Positions 35,203 through 44,778 of a stretch of 64,000 bases of DNA are shown here, piece after piece; position 1 is the stretch's first letter; every line of letters starts with the position of its first letter. The DNA is from a phage: sequence record PZ445427.1. One strand, written 5' to 3'. The position numbers and the translations under genes were made by a program. The notes beneath the pieces were generated by a model. That model saw only the letters and a list, made by a program, of their open reading frames with translations, did no database searches and had not been told where the DNA came from.

Positions 35203-35550
35203 ATGAGCTTTATTTTATTTATTGTAGCAGCATGGTTTATTATTGGTTTAGGCTATGCTATTGCAGTTATTCGTCATCTGGATGAATATTCTGCTGAATG
35301 GTTTATTAAGTACCTACGTTTAGACGATCAAGAACACGAGTTCGACAGTGCTGAGGAAAGACAGGCTGTCCAGTCAATGACTCCCAAAGAATGCTTGCTT
35401 TACATGCGTGTAATTGGTTTCTTTGGACTGTTGGTAGCGGGGCCGCTAGGTCTTACTATTGCTCCCTACAAAGAAGTTGTTGACGACATTAAACTATGGA
35501 GAACCGCTGGATCGCTACGTCGTGCTAGAGAATTAAGTAAACAAGAGTGA
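35203..35550 (+). CDS. membrane protein (115 aa)
   Basis: ATG 35203 after GGAGA; track start 35161 is upstream alternative. Confidence 0.5.
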   Translation: MSFILFIVAAWFIIGLGYAIAVIRHLDEYSAEWFIKYLRLDDQEHEFDSAEERQAVQSMTPKECLLYMRVIGFFGLLVAGPLGLTIAPYKEVVDDIKLWRTAGSLRRARELSKQE

Positions 35551-35585
35551 TGATAATCACCTCCTAGCAAGAATAATAATGACAA

Positions 35586-35620
35586 AGCCCAGCCTGCAAT
35601 TTTGCGACTGGGCTATTTTT
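35586..35620 (+). terminator. rho-independent terminator
   Basis: agcccag ... ctgggct hairpin then TTTTT. Confidence 0.6.
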
Positions 35621-35635
35621 GTAATAAAATTTCAG

Positions 35636-35664
35636 TTGCTCAGATGCCACAAGTATTGTATAAT
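35636..35664 (+). promoter_or_regulatory. T5-type early promoter
   Basis: ttgctc 35636..35641, 17 bp, tataat 35659..35664. Confidence 0.55.
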
Positions 35665-35695
35665 ATGTTTATAGATTGAGGCAAAAGGATAATTT

Positions 35696-36394
35696 ATGAG
35701 AATCATTTCAAAGTTCAATGATGTATACGATTTGCAGAATAGTTTATTTGATCCAGATCGTGTCTGGGAGCGTAAAACTGAAGAGCTGCTAGTAAAAGTA
35801 ACTGACGATGTAGAAAAGAATATCGTTCATAATCGTCAGGTGTTTCGTGAGGGTTCCTTATCCTTCCGTGGTGACTTCGAATACTCAGTAAATCCACTGT
35901 TTATTGCAGGCGAAGTTTACTGGTTACATGAACTGTCCTGCTGGCATCCAGCATTCAGTTTCAAAACGTTCAACATCGATGCTGTGTTCGATAAAATGGA
36001 AGAAATGGGATTACATGCCCGTTCTTACTTACTAGATAAGAATCGTGGTGATGTTCGTGAAACCATGCGAGATATGTTGGTTGAAGCAAAACCTAAAGCA
36101 GAACGTATCTTATCTGAACTGCGCGTACCAATTGCATATGTGAAAGGTATTAAGAAGAACGATAACGATGATGTTCGTAACTTCGTAATTCAGACAAACA
36201 TTCGTTTCCATCAGTCAGGTATTCCGTGGCAGGAAATTGAAAGTAACTTATACCGTTTACACCAAGTTCTCGAACAGTATATCTTCGGTGTACTAGGAAC
36301 TGGTGAGCCTGATATGATTACCGTATCAGATAAAGACAGGTTAGCAGCACATGGATTTGATACAAAAACTTCTTTCAGGAATATGGCAAGGTAA
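35696..36394 (+). CDS. hypothetical protein (232 aa)
   Basis: AAAAGGA RBS. Confidence 0.55.
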   Translation: MRIISKFNDVYDLQNSLFDPDRVWERKTEELLVKVTDDVEKNIVHNRQVFREGSLSFRGDFEYSVNPLFIAGEVYWLHELSCWHPAFSFKTFNIDAVFDKMEEMGLHARSYLLDKNRGDVRETMRDMLVEAKPKAERILSELRVPIAYVKGIKKNDNDDVRNFVIQTNIRFHQSGIPWQEIESNLYRLHQVLEQYIFGVLGTGEPDMITVSDKDRLAAHGFDTKTSFRNMAR

Positions 36395-36800
36395 GTGGTA
36401 TATCCTGGGAGCTGGTCTTGCGATAGGTATCGGATTCGGTGCTTATCACTTAGTAAATAAGGTTGAAACCCTAGCTGGGGATCTTGCAATTGCGACTAAA
36501 AAGATCTCCACTCTAGAGACTTCCCTTAATAAGGTGAAAACTGAGAGTGAACTTCGTGAGACTCGAATGAACCAGTATTTCACAATGAATAATATTTCGC
36601 AAGCAGATCTAGACAAAAAGATTAAGCAGTTAGATAAAGCTCTTAGTCGTCAAGATGTTATCGCTGCAAAGCCTGGATTGGTAACATTAATTGCTAAAAA
36701 GCAGAATAAAGAGTTCGAGGAAAGATTAGCATGTTTAACTGGAAACTTGGAGTACTGCTCGCAGCCGCAATCACAATCACAGGCTGTGCAGAAGAAATAA
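36351..36800 (+). CDS. membrane-anchored coiled-coil protein (i-spanin-like)
   Basis: N-terminal TM WYILGAGLAIGIGFGAY then coiled-coil; overlaps next gene. Confidence 0.4.
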   Translation: MDLIQKLLSGIWQGKWYILGAGLAIGIGFGAYHLVNKVETLAGDLAIATKKISTLETSLNKVKTESELRETRMNQYFTMNNISQADLDKKIKQLDKALSRQDVIAAKPGLVTLIAKKQNKEFEERLACLTGNLEYCSQPQSQSQAVQKK

Positions 36801-37084
36801 AACCAGAGCCATCTCATGAGTTAAAGCAAGCTCATGTTGACTGGCCTAAAGGACTTCAGCCGTGTAGCTTTGATTTCAAATTCGAAAAGAAATTAGCTAC
36901 AAATGGTGAAGATGGCGTAGTAGTTGTTGTACCTTACAAAGATTGGAATGCAAAAGCAAAATGCGAGGAAGCAGTTTACTCTTACATTTCACGACTGACC
37001 GGTATGGTTTGCTTCTATCGTCAAGATTTACAAGAAAAACGTTGCTTAGTTTACTATCCACCCATTACAAATAGGAAAGATTAA
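36731..37084 (+). CDS. lipoprotein (o-spanin-like), overlapping upstream gene by 70 nt
   Basis: GAGGAAAG RBS; signal peptide with lipobox LLAAAITITGC. Confidence 0.45.
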   Translation: MFNWKLGVLLAAAITITGCAEEIKPEPSHELKQAHVDWPKGLQPCSFDFKFEKKLATNGEDGVVVVVPYKDWNAKAKCEEAVYSYISRLTGMVCFYRQDLQEKRCLVYYPPITNRKD

Positions 37085-37836
37085 TGTCAGTATTAGTCGG
37101 TTTACATGGTGAGGCTGGTGCGGGAAAAGATACCGTTGCAGAATTAATGATTGACTGGTGTAATGACACGTTCCCAACGTGTTTATCCCGTCGTTATAGT
37201 TTTGCTAAACCCGTTTACGAACTTGCATCCGTAATCCTCGGGGTAACCCCAGAGTTTCTGGGAGAGCGCAGGGGAAAAGAGATTGACCAATGGTTTACAG
37301 TCACACAATCTCAATTGGAGCGAGCTAGAGACGTATGGTTTAAGTATGGTATCGATAAGTTTGAGGACTTCTCGTACGTTTGGCCGATATTTGAAGGAAA
37401 ATACCTTGATCCTCAGCAGTTAATTGGGCAAGCTGATGATGCGCTGTATAGCGTATTTATCTCCCCAAGAAAAATGCTACAGCTTGTAGGTACTGAGTTA
37501 GGAAGGCAGCTGGTGCATGAACGCATTTGGCTCATAATTCTGGAGCAATCCATCGATAAAGACGACCCAGACGTCGCAATCGTTACCGATGTGCGTTTCC
37601 CCAATGAGGGAGAGCTAATCATGGAAACCAATACTCTAGATATGGATTCCATGCTTATTAAGGTTGAATCTGGTATTACTAATAAGTATCGCATCGAGAC
37701 AGATCATCCGTCTGAAAGCGGTATTCCTGAAAAATACATTTCTCATAAATTTGAGAATACCTTCAACGGACTTGATGCACTTCGTACCGATGTGTACCAC
37801 TTCTGTGACTTAGAGCTAGAACCACTAGTTGGATAA
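37084..37836 (+). CDS. dnk: deoxynucleoside monophosphate kinase
   Basis: GLHGEAGAGKDT P-loop and overall similarity pattern to phage dNMP kinases (T4 gp1 type). Confidence 0.65.
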   Translation: MSVLVGLHGEAGAGKDTVAELMIDWCNDTFPTCLSRRYSFAKPVYELASVILGVTPEFLGERRGKEIDQWFTVTQSQLERARDVWFKYGIDKFEDFSYVWPIFEGKYLDPQQLIGQADDALYSVFISPRKMLQLVGTELGRQLVHERIWLIILEQSIDKDDPDVAIVTDVRFPNEGELIMETNTLDMDSMLIKVESGITNKYRIETDHPSESGIPEKYISHKFENTFNGLDALRTDVYHFCDLELEPLVG

Positions 37837-37848
37837 TTAAGGATCACT

Positions 37849-38448
37849 ATGACTAATAAGAAAGAAGAAAAGACTAACCTGTTTCACACTGTTCGCCAAT
37901 CTAACGAATATACCTTTTTCTTTGATGAAGAATTAGGCTCACCGGATGAGTATCGTGATCTATCAATGATACTGATGCAGGCTGGTGAAGATGATGAAAT
38001 TAATCTGATGATTAATGGGCCTGGTGGTTACGTTGATACTGCTGCACAACTATCTAACCTAATCGCTAACTGTCGTGGAACGGTTATTGGACACCTGCTC
38101 GGTCCTAGTGCTTCTGCTTACTGCACAATCTTCCTGTCTTGCCATGGTTGGGTTGTACATCCACATGCTACGCTTATGGGACATACGTTCTCTGGCGGAT
38201 TCTGTGAGAAAGGTCAAGAAATCAAGAAAGCCTATGAATCTTACAACCAGTTTGTAGAAGATATGATGCTCGATGTTTACTTCCCGTTCTTCTCTATTGA
38301 CGAGATCGAGGACATGGTAAAAGAGAATAAGAATATCTACCTCAACAGCAAAGAAATCAATAAGCGTATTGAAATTTTGGCGAATTATCGCAAAGAGCAA
38401 TATAGTAAAGCTCAAGCTCCACATCCAGAAGAACATGGAGAAGTGTAA
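37849..38448 (+). CDS. ClpP-family serine peptidase-like protein
   Basis: LMINGPGGYV and GPSASAYC resemble ClpP/S14 core motifs. Confidence 0.45.
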   Translation: MTNKKEEKTNLFHTVRQSNEYTFFFDEELGSPDEYRDLSMILMQAGEDDEINLMINGPGGYVDTAAQLSNLIANCRGTVIGHLLGPSASAYCTIFLSCHGWVVHPHATLMGHTFSGGFCEKGQEIKKAYESYNQFVEDMMLDVYFPFFSIDEIEDMVKENKNIYLNSKEINKRIEILANYRKEQYSKAQAPHPEEHGEV

Positions 38449-38457
38449 GTAGTTTTA

Positions 38458-38489
38458 AGCCAGAGTTTAACGACTCTGGCTTTTCTTTT
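38458..38489 (+). terminator. rho-independent terminator
   Basis: agccagag ... ctctggct hairpin then TTTCTTTT. Confidence 0.6.
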
Positions 38490-38551
38490 GCCTAAAATTC
38501 TTCTTGACAACGACAAAAAATTATGCTCCAGAAGTGATCTTTAAAAACACG

Positions 38552-38580
38552 TTGTAATTTTCCTCTAGAATTAGTATAAT
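38552..38580 (+). promoter_or_regulatory. sigma70 promoter TTGTAA-17-TATAAT (lysis cassette)
   Basis: ttgtaa 38552..38557, tataat 38575..38580. Confidence 0.5.
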
Positions 38581-38604
38581 GGTAATGGTTAGAGGAGGTT
38601 ACAA

Positions 38605-39261
38605 GTGGAAAAGTTTCTACAACTATTAACGGTACTGCTCCAAGAAGCGAAAGATCCAGCTTCGCTACTAAAACGTCTGCTAACTATCTTAGTTGCTGTC
38701 ATTATTTTCTTGTTTGTAAGTAACACTAGCGAGGTGATGTCATTTTTAAAGACTTTCTCCACGTCTGCGGTTTTACAGGATGTTCAAACCCAAAGGATAG
38801 ATAACTTTCCTAATGTAGCACGAGAAAAGAGCATGGTTCTTTTCTCTCAGACGGGTGCGGATGCTGTTTTTGTAGTCAAGTATAAACCCGATGCTATAAA
38901 CGATTATTCGAACATTATTGCATGGGAAAGCAATGCGCAATTGGATAGGGCTGACTTGGCCGATAAAGCAGTAAACAAGACGTCTGAACTTTATAGACGT
39001 CACCTGGAAGGCTTTAACTACGCTTCGGATTTAAGTGTAAAAGTAAATAAATATATGGGGTCAAATATACCCGCGTTTAAGAACGTTACTTTTAATTACG
39101 TCTATACTTGTCCGTATTTCAACCTAAATAATATCTATGCTGGATACATAGGTATTGCCTGGAAGGATAAACCCGTAGATACAGCTGACTCGGAACAATT
39201 TAAGGAGTACTTAACAAAGCTTTGCTCACCGCAGCAAAGATCATTAGGTAGATCTATATGA
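38605..39261 (+). CDS. holin (T5-type)
   Basis: GTG start after AGAGGAGG; 218 aa with single N-terminal TM; immediately upstream of and overlapping endolysin. Confidence 0.7.
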   Translation: MEKFLQLLTVLLQEAKDPASLLKRLLTILVAVIIFLFVSNTSEVMSFLKTFSTSAVLQDVQTQRIDNFPNVAREKSMVLFSQTGADAVFVVKYKPDAINDYSNIIAWESNAQLDRADLADKAVNKTSELYRRHLEGFNYASDLSVKVNKYMGSNIPAFKNVTFNYVYTCPYFNLNNIYAGYIGIAWKDKPVDTADSEQFKEYLTKLCSPQQRSLGRSI

Positions 39262-39671
39262 GTTTTAAATTTGGTAAAAATAGCGAAAAACAATTAGCAA
39301 CTGTTAAGCCCGAGCTACAAAAGGTAGCTCGTAGGGCTTTAGAACTATCCCCATATGATTTCACAATCGTACAAGGTATTCGTACAGTAGCACAAAGTGC
39401 CCAAAACATTGCTAATGGTACTTCATTTTTGAAAGACCCTAGCAAAAGTAAGCATGTAACTGGAGACGCTATCGATTTTGCACCATATATTAATGGTAAG
39501 ATTGATTGGAAAGATCTGGAAGCATTTTGGGCTGTTAAGAAGGCTTTTGAACAAGCTGGTAAGGAACTTGGTGTCAAACTTCGTTTTGGTGCCGACTGGA
39601 ATAGTTCTGGTGATTATCATGATGAGATCGATCGTGGTACTTACGACGGTGGTCACGTAGAATTAGTCTGA
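39258..39671 (+). CDS. lys: endolysin, L-alanyl-D-glutamate peptidase (M15-type)
   Basis: 137 aa; Zn-binding H...D...H pattern (SKHVTGDAIDF ... GGHVELV) as in T5 Lys. Confidence 0.8.
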   Translation: MSFKFGKNSEKQLATVKPELQKVARRALELSPYDFTIVQGIRTVAQSAQNIANGTSFLKDPSKSKHVTGDAIDFAPYINGKIDWKDLEAFWAVKKAFEQAGKELGVKLRFGADWNSSGDYHDEIDRGTYDGGHVELV

Positions 39672-39681
39672 TAATAAATCA

Positions 39682-39705
39682 AGGCGGGGTAATTCCCGCC
39701 TTTTA
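39682..39705 (+). terminator. rho-independent terminator
   Basis: aggcggg-gtaatt-cccgcct then TTTT. Confidence 0.6.
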
Positions 39706-39746
39706 AAGCAAAGGGGGCTTTAAAAACTTAATGATAGGAGAAAGCC

Positions 39747-40163
39747 ATGTTTGCAGAACTATTCACCATGATATTACTAGGAATATGGAAAATAAGCCTA
39801 GTAGTTTTCATCTTAATGATAATTCTCACTGTTGTCGCACTAGTTACCCAAAATGATACATTAAAGAAAGTCGTTCATGGGCTAGAGTATATAATTATGG
39901 GCACATTCGGCGTTTGCAAATGCAACTGCCAGAGGAATACGAAATATTGTTGGCTTTGGATGGAGTTAGAGAACTGCATCACAGTAGCCCTGGCTGTCTC
40001 ATTCGGTATGATTCTTATGGCCCTTACTCTAGCATTGATACCACTGATGTTAGCTGGGGGAGTCACGGCTTATTTCACCCTTTTCTCCCCTATACTTATG
40101 TATTCAATATATCCAATAACTATGTACTTAGTTAGGAAGAGATTCCCACATCAAGCACACTAA
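39747..40163 (+). CDS. polytopic membrane protein (138 aa)
   Basis: AGGAGAAAG RBS; four hydrophobic segments. Confidence 0.55.
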   Translation: MFAELFTMILLGIWKISLVVFILMIILTVVALVTQNDTLKKVVHGLEYIIMGTFGVCKCNCQRNTKYCWLWMELENCITVALAVSFGMILMALTLALIPLMLAGGVTAYFTLFSPILMYSIYPITMYLVRKRFPHQAH

Positions 40164-40175
40164 TATAAAAAAGTA

Positions 40176-40204
40176 GTTGACTTTCCGCTGAAATTTTTAT
40201 ATAA
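40176..40204 (+). promoter_or_regulatory. T5-type early promoter
   Basis: ttgact 40176..40181, 17 bp, tataat 40199..40204. Confidence 0.6.
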
Positions 40205-40238
40205 TATTTGTATAAATTGAATCAGAGGAGTTTCACAA

Positions 40239-40649
40239 ATGTCAGATCGTTACTATACTCAGATGGCTAACCATTACAATATGGCTCCGTATGAATTGAA
40301 CATCGCATTACGTGACCTCGATTCACCAGAGCGTGCAAAACTTGAGAAAAAGGCGGGAATTCGTATGTCTAGCAATGGCAAGAAACTTACTCGTATTGAC
40401 TTAAATACCATGCTAATGGAAGAGCTTGGCGTGAATATTGAAGGTCAGAAGTTGCCTCTCAATGTTCTTGAAACGATGCTGGATATAGTCAAAAAGAAAA
40501 CCTATAAGAAAGTACAAGTACCGGAAGGCAGGCTAAAAGCCCCTTATCAGGCTGCTGTATCTGAGTGCTTAGGTGCTACCTTAGATCTTAGCACTGCAAC
40601 TGTTAAAGTGATGAAGGCATTTTTGGAGGCCATTAATAAACATGAGTAA
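40239..40649 (+). CDS. hypothetical protein (136 aa)
   Basis: AGAGGAG RBS. Confidence 0.55.
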   Translation: MSDRYYTQMANHYNMAPYELNIALRDLDSPERAKLEKKAGIRMSSNGKKLTRIDLNTMLMEELGVNIEGQKLPLNVLETMLDIVKKKTYKKVQVPEGRLKAPYQAAVSECLGATLDLSTATVKVMKAFLEAINKHE

Positions 40650-40932
40650 ATTAGTATATCTATTAAAGGGATCTACCTGCAATCCGTGCAAAATGTTCGA
40701 GCCTGTATTTGATAAAGTAGTACAGGACTACAGTCTAGAAGTTCATAAAGAGACTGATAACACAGAACTTATGCAGAAATTTGGCGTTCGTCAGGTTCCT
40801 GTAGTAGTTTTAGCAGATCGTCTCCCGAATGGTCGTGTGGAAGCCAACCACATTCTGATTGGTCGTCAGCTTCGTAAAGAAACTATGCACGATGCAATCA
40901 AAAACTTCCTGGAAGATAATCCAGAAGATTAA
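40642..40932 (+). CDS. thioredoxin/glutaredoxin-like protein (CNPC active site)
   Basis: N-terminal GSTCNPCKMFEP CxxC motif in thioredoxin-fold context. Confidence 0.55.
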   Translation: MSKLVYLLKGSTCNPCKMFEPVFDKVVQDYSLEVHKETDNTELMQKFGVRQVPVVVLADRLPNGRVEANHILIGRQLRKETMHDAIKNFLEDNPED

Positions 40933-40940
40933 TAAATCCA

Positions 40941-40970
40941 ACCCAGATCTTAGCTGATCTGGGTTTTTTA
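40941..40970 (+). terminator. rho-independent terminator
   Basis: acccagatc ... gatctgggt hairpin then TTTTTTATT. Confidence 0.65.
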
Positions 40971-40974
40971 TTAC

Positions 40975-41003
40975 TTGCTTTCTGCTAAAAATTTTGATAT
41001 AAT
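40975..41003 (+). promoter_or_regulatory. T5-type early promoter
   Basis: ttgctt 40975..40980, 17 bp, tataat 40998..41003. Confidence 0.6.
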
Positions 41004-41034
41004 ATATGTATAAATTGATGAGAGGAGTATCACA

Positions 41035-41415
41035 TTGAATTACGCATATCTTATAATACATAACAACGTGGTCTGTGGTACTCGTGCTGTAGAGATGGGA
41101 ATCACAGAAGAAAAGTATAAGTCACTGCCTGAAAAGGAGCAAGAATATTATGTTGAGCAAGCTGCTTGGGAATATGCTGAAGTTTATCCCGAAGAACGTG
41201 AAGGCCGTGTTACTATTGTTGTTGCTCTGGGGCTGGTGGGCTGTGATACCGAAGTTGATACAGATCTAGAAACACTTGAAGAATGGGAAGAGCTGGATAT
41301 TGCAGAGCAAAATGCTATTATCCGTGAATCTTTCTGGGAAGCAGTAGACTGTCACGTTGTATTTGAGCCAAACGATACAGAAGCTGAAAAACACACTAAT
41401 TGGATGACTCGATAA
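41035..41415 (+). CDS. hypothetical acidic protein (TTG start)
   Basis: GAGAGGAG RBS 6 nt before TTG 41035. Confidence 0.45.
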   Translation: MNYAYLIIHNNVVCGTRAVEMGITEEKYKSLPEKEQEYYVEQAAWEYAEVYPEEREGRVTIVVALGLVGCDTEVDTDLETLEEWEELDIAEQNAIIRESFWEAVDCHVVFEPNDTEAEKHTNWMTR

Positions 41416-42278
41416 TGAAAAAAGAATTTAACCTGCATGAAATGTTAGTAGTACCAGATGATGTTAACCTGTTCTTCGTAGGAGATATTCACGGCTGTAA
41501 TGATATGCTGGAAGATGCTCTTAAACTAGCAGGGTATAAAGAGAAGCGTGATTATGTTGTCTGTGTTGGCGACCTAATTGACCGTGGCCCGCAGAACTTA
41601 CAGGTTCTAGCCAAATTCTTATATAACCCACGCTTCCGTAGCGTTCGTGGCAACCATGATCAGTTTATGATTGCTGGTGACTATGCCAACTGGATGTATA
41701 ATGGTGGAATGTGGGCAATGAATGATCTGGATACCGATACAATTAAAGGTATCGCAGAAGATATGGCAGTTAAAATGCCAGTATTCATGACTGTACTCCA
41801 TCGTGGCAAGAAATACGGTGTTGTTCATGGTGGAATACCATTCCAATATAAAGATGCGGGATTCGATGTACATACACCTAATTGGGACGATATTATTGAT
41901 CATATCGCTGCAAGTGAAAATGATCCTAATGATCATCCTAGTTATTACATTGAGCCATATCTATGGGATCGTGATGTAATTCAGGAAATTGGTTTTCATC
42001 TGTCTAAGCAAGGTGCAGAGCACCCCTATTTCCAGCGTTATACAGGATTTAAAGATGAACTGACTGTGGAAGTGCCAGAAGTTGAAAGTGTAGATTTCGT
42101 ATTCCATGGTCACACTGGTGTTCCTTACCCAATTCTGTACAAGAACCGTGTTTATCTCGATACTGGCGGTGTTTTCAACGGGCAGTTGACGGTTGCGCAA
42201 GTTAATGATGAAGCTGGTAAGATTATGACATTTACCACTGACAAAGATGATAGCTGTGGTGTACAGAGGATTCTATAA
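41415..42278 (+). CDS. Ser/Thr protein phosphatase (calcineurin-like, lambda-PP type)
   Basis: GDIHGC, GDLIDRG, RGNHDQ motifs; ATG 41415 overlaps upstream stop. Confidence 0.8.
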   Translation: MKKEFNLHEMLVVPDDVNLFFVGDIHGCNDMLEDALKLAGYKEKRDYVVCVGDLIDRGPQNLQVLAKFLYNPRFRSVRGNHDQFMIAGDYANWMYNGGMWAMNDLDTDTIKGIAEDMAVKMPVFMTVLHRGKKYGVVHGGIPFQYKDAGFDVHTPNWDDIIDHIAASENDPNDHPSYYIEPYLWDRDVIQEIGFHLSKQGAEHPYFQRYTGFKDELTVEVPEVESVDFVFHGHTGVPYPILYKNRVYLDTGGVFNGQLTVAQVNDEAGKIMTFTTDKDDSCGVQRIL

Positions 42279-42646
42279 TGGAACGTGAAGAACGTTATGT
42301 AGTTATAAAGCTGTCTGATATTGAGAAAGCCCTAGAATTAGGGCATATCACTCAGAGTAACTTTACCACTTTGGAACATATCTTGTCCAAACTATGGTAT
42401 AGTCGAGCACAACGTGGTAAAGAAGATCTCAAAACCGTCGTGGTAGAGCATGATTGGCCAGAGTACGAAGAAGTCTGGAAAATGCTAGAGAATCGTGTTG
42501 GTTTTGAGCAAGCACGACAGGAAGAACTTGACAAAGGATATCAAGAAGCGAAAGAGCACCATGAGGTTTATGATGAAATATTCAAACTTCGTGGTATTAG
42601 TAGTTATTGTCAGGGTTGGAATAAATATGCGGAGGAAGTTCTGTAA
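42278..42646 (+). CDS. hypothetical protein (122 aa)
   Basis: ATGA overlap coupling. Confidence 0.5.
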   Translation: MEREERYVVIKLSDIEKALELGHITQSNFTTLEHILSKLWYSRAQRGKEDLKTVVVEHDWPEYEEVWKMLENRVGFEQARQEELDKGYQEAKEHHEVYDEIFKLRGISSYCQGWNKYAEEVL

Positions 42647-42852
42647 TGAAGAGATTACTACTAGTATCAGTACTAATACTAGCTGGATGTGATCCTTATG
42701 ATAATAGTATGAGATTCACCGCAGAAGATACTAGACACTTGTGTGATGTAGCTGGAGGTGAGCTGGATAATTCCAGCATCCAAATTGGACTCACAAAAGG
42801 TATATTCTACGATAGTTATACTATTACCTCAACTTGTGTAAGGAATAAGTAA
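42646..42852 (+). CDS. small lipoprotein (68 aa)
   Basis: Signal peptide with lipobox LILAGC. Confidence 0.5.
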   Translation: MKRLLLVSVLILAGCDPYDNSMRFTAEDTRHLCDVAGGELDNSSIQIGLTKGIFYDSYTITSTCVRNK

Positions 42853-43442
42853 TGAAAGTTAAATTCTGGTCGGATTTGCACCTAGACCATCCTGGAACTC
42901 TTCGCTTCCGTCCGTGGTTTAAGAACATGAAAGAGCACGATGAATATATCCTAGATACTTTGTCCAAGCACATTGGCAAGCGTACAAAACTTGTATTGCT
43001 AGGAGATATTGCCGTGGGGCGTGAAGGGTTGGCTAAATTGAAGTCGGTTATCCACAATGTGCCTAACCAATTAATCATGGGCAACCACGATGCTGAACGT
43101 CAGGGTCTGCGTATTAAAGATCTTGTAGACGTTTATGATGATATTCAGGCTCTAGGTAAGCAAACAGGTGGTGGCAAGAAGTTTTGGCTGTCACACTGTC
43201 CATTGCACGAAGCAGAACTTCGTGGTAAGCTAAACATTCACGGACATGTGCACACCAATTCTGTGCGTGACCCACGTTATATCAACGTCTCTTTTGAGAT
43301 GAGCAAGACTCCTATTCCTCTAGAGGATATTGTGTCTGGCAAGTTCACAAGCTATGATAAAGTGGTTAACTGCACTACTGGTGAAATACTCCAAATCGAT
43401 GAAGATGTGGCGGCGGTATTGAGAGGAGATATCAATGTTTGA
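42852..43442 (+). CDS. metallophosphoesterase
   Basis: DLHLDH, GNHD, GHVH motifs. Confidence 0.7.
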   Translation: MKVKFWSDLHLDHPGTLRFRPWFKNMKEHDEYILDTLSKHIGKRTKLVLLGDIAVGREGLAKLKSVIHNVPNQLIMGNHDAERQGLRIKDLVDVYDDIQALGKQTGGGKKFWLSHCPLHEAELRGKLNIHGHVHTNSVRDPRYINVSFEMSKTPIPLEDIVSGKFTSYDKVVNCTTGEILQIDEDVAAVLRGDINV

Positions 43443-43537
43443 TTTTGATGGCATGGCTCGTGAGATATTTATAGCAATAGGTATAGTAGTTCTTATCTCT
43501 TTCTTTACGGGCCTAGGCTTAGGCCTTTTATTTTAAA
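43436..43537 (+). CDS. small hydrophobic peptide (33 aa)
   Basis: ATG overlapping upstream stop; single TM-like segment; below track cutoff. Confidence 0.25.
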
Positions 43538-43544
43538 ACTTCAT

Positions 43545-43573
43545 TTGCTAAAATGCTTAGTTTTCTGTATAAT
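43545..43573 (+). promoter_or_regulatory. T5-type early promoter
   Basis: ttgcta 43545..43550, 17 bp, tataat 43568..43573. Confidence 0.6.
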
Positions 43574-43603
43574 TACTTTATAAATTGATGAGAAGGAATC
43601 AAA

Positions 43604-44035
43604 ATGCAAAAGATTGATAAAGCACTCTTAATCGCAACAGCAGATAAGTTTGAGCAAGTTAAAGCTACTTTTAAGGCAGTCTTTCAGTCCTATGTTCAAG
43701 ACAAATCGAACCCGATTTCTGAGCGTTTGATGATGTGGGAATGTTTTGCTTGCAATGCTCTGCTAATTTCCGATTATAAGGGAGAAGTATCTGAGGAATT
43801 GCATGAGATCTTTATTAATGAGGATACTCCACGCTATCAGTTAGTGAACTTCCAAGATCTAGCTGAGCAAGTTATTCCTGATGATCTTTGGGACAAGTAT
43901 TACGGTGATCCTGAAGAAGATGGTATGGAACCTGAGAAGTGCATCGAACTGATCTGTAAGGATCACCCTGAAATTGCTGAGAAATTTGAGCTAGTATTTG
44001 CTTCTGAGTTCTCAGGTTTCGTTAACGATTGGTAA
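43604..44035 (+). CDS. hypothetical acidic protein (143 aa)
   Basis: AGAAGGAA RBS. Confidence 0.55.
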   Translation: MQKIDKALLIATADKFEQVKATFKAVFQSYVQDKSNPISERLMMWECFACNALLISDYKGEVSEELHEIFINEDTPRYQLVNFQDLAEQVIPDDLWDKYYGDPEEDGMEPEKCIELICKDHPEIAEKFELVFASEFSGFVNDW

Positions 44036-44051
44036 GTAAATAAAAAATTCA

Positions 44052-44080
44052 GTTGCTTTTAGCTTTAAAATTCTGTATAA
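44052..44080 (+). promoter_or_regulatory. T5-type early promoter
   Basis: ttgctt 44052..44057, 17 bp, tataat 44075..44080. Confidence 0.6.
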
Positions 44081-44113
44081 TAAGTTCATAAATTAATGAG
44101 AGAGGAAATTCTA

Positions 44114-44365
44114 ATGGAAAACATGACTAAAACTGAAATGGCTAACGTTCTGGCAATTCTCCTCGATATGCAGGGTTTTGAAGGTCAGCTCATGAAGATG
44201 TCTATTCCGGCAATGAAAAAGATGTATGATTCTCTGAACAAGAATGCTATGGCATTCAACCTTGCAAAACAAGAAGCACGTTTTGCAAAAGAGCATCAGG
44301 CAACTGCGGAACGTCGTGCAGCATCTTTTGAGCGTGAAGTTAAGCAACTGAAAGGTAAAAAATAA
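44114..44365 (+). CDS. hypothetical protein (83 aa)
   Basis: ATG 44114; track start 44096 is the ATG inside the conserved promoter box ATGAGAGAGG. Confidence 0.5.
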   Translation: MENMTKTEMANVLAILLDMQGFEGQLMKMSIPAMKKMYDSLNKNAMAFNLAKQEARFAKEHQATAERRAASFEREVKQLKGKK

Positions 44366-44778
44366 TGACTTACGGCCAATTCTTCTATACACTAGGGCTT
44401 GGTGCCCTAGTTTCACTCTGTATTTCGATGGGCACGACGGGCTATATGCTTAGTCAAAGAGATGCAGATCTACCAAAACCAGTAACTAAAGAAGTATACG
44501 TTTACTCCAGTCCTGAAGTACAAGCAATAGCGGAACGTAATAAAATGCTCGCAGAAGCAAACGTTGCACTTAAACAAACAGAATTAGATGAAGCGTTATC
44601 GAAATATTCTGGGGTTGAAGTAGTAGATGCCTACAAAATGGAAGACTCAATTGAAGTCAAGCTTCAAATTGAAGAGGGTAAAAGATTCTGTAAAATGAAT
44701 GATTCCTCCTTAGTAAAAATTAAGTTTTATGAAACTATAAGCCCCTACATTAAATGTAGTAATGGAGTAACGGATTAA
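44365..44778 (+). CDS. membrane protein (137 aa)
   Basis: Overlapping start; N-terminal TM. Confidence 0.5.
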   Translation: MTYGQFFYTLGLGALVSLCISMGTTGYMLSQRDADLPKPVTKEVYVYSSPEVQAIAERNKMLAEANVALKQTELDEALSKYSGVEVVDAYKMEDSIEVKLQIEEGKRFCKMNDSSLVKIKFYETISPYIKCSNGVTD

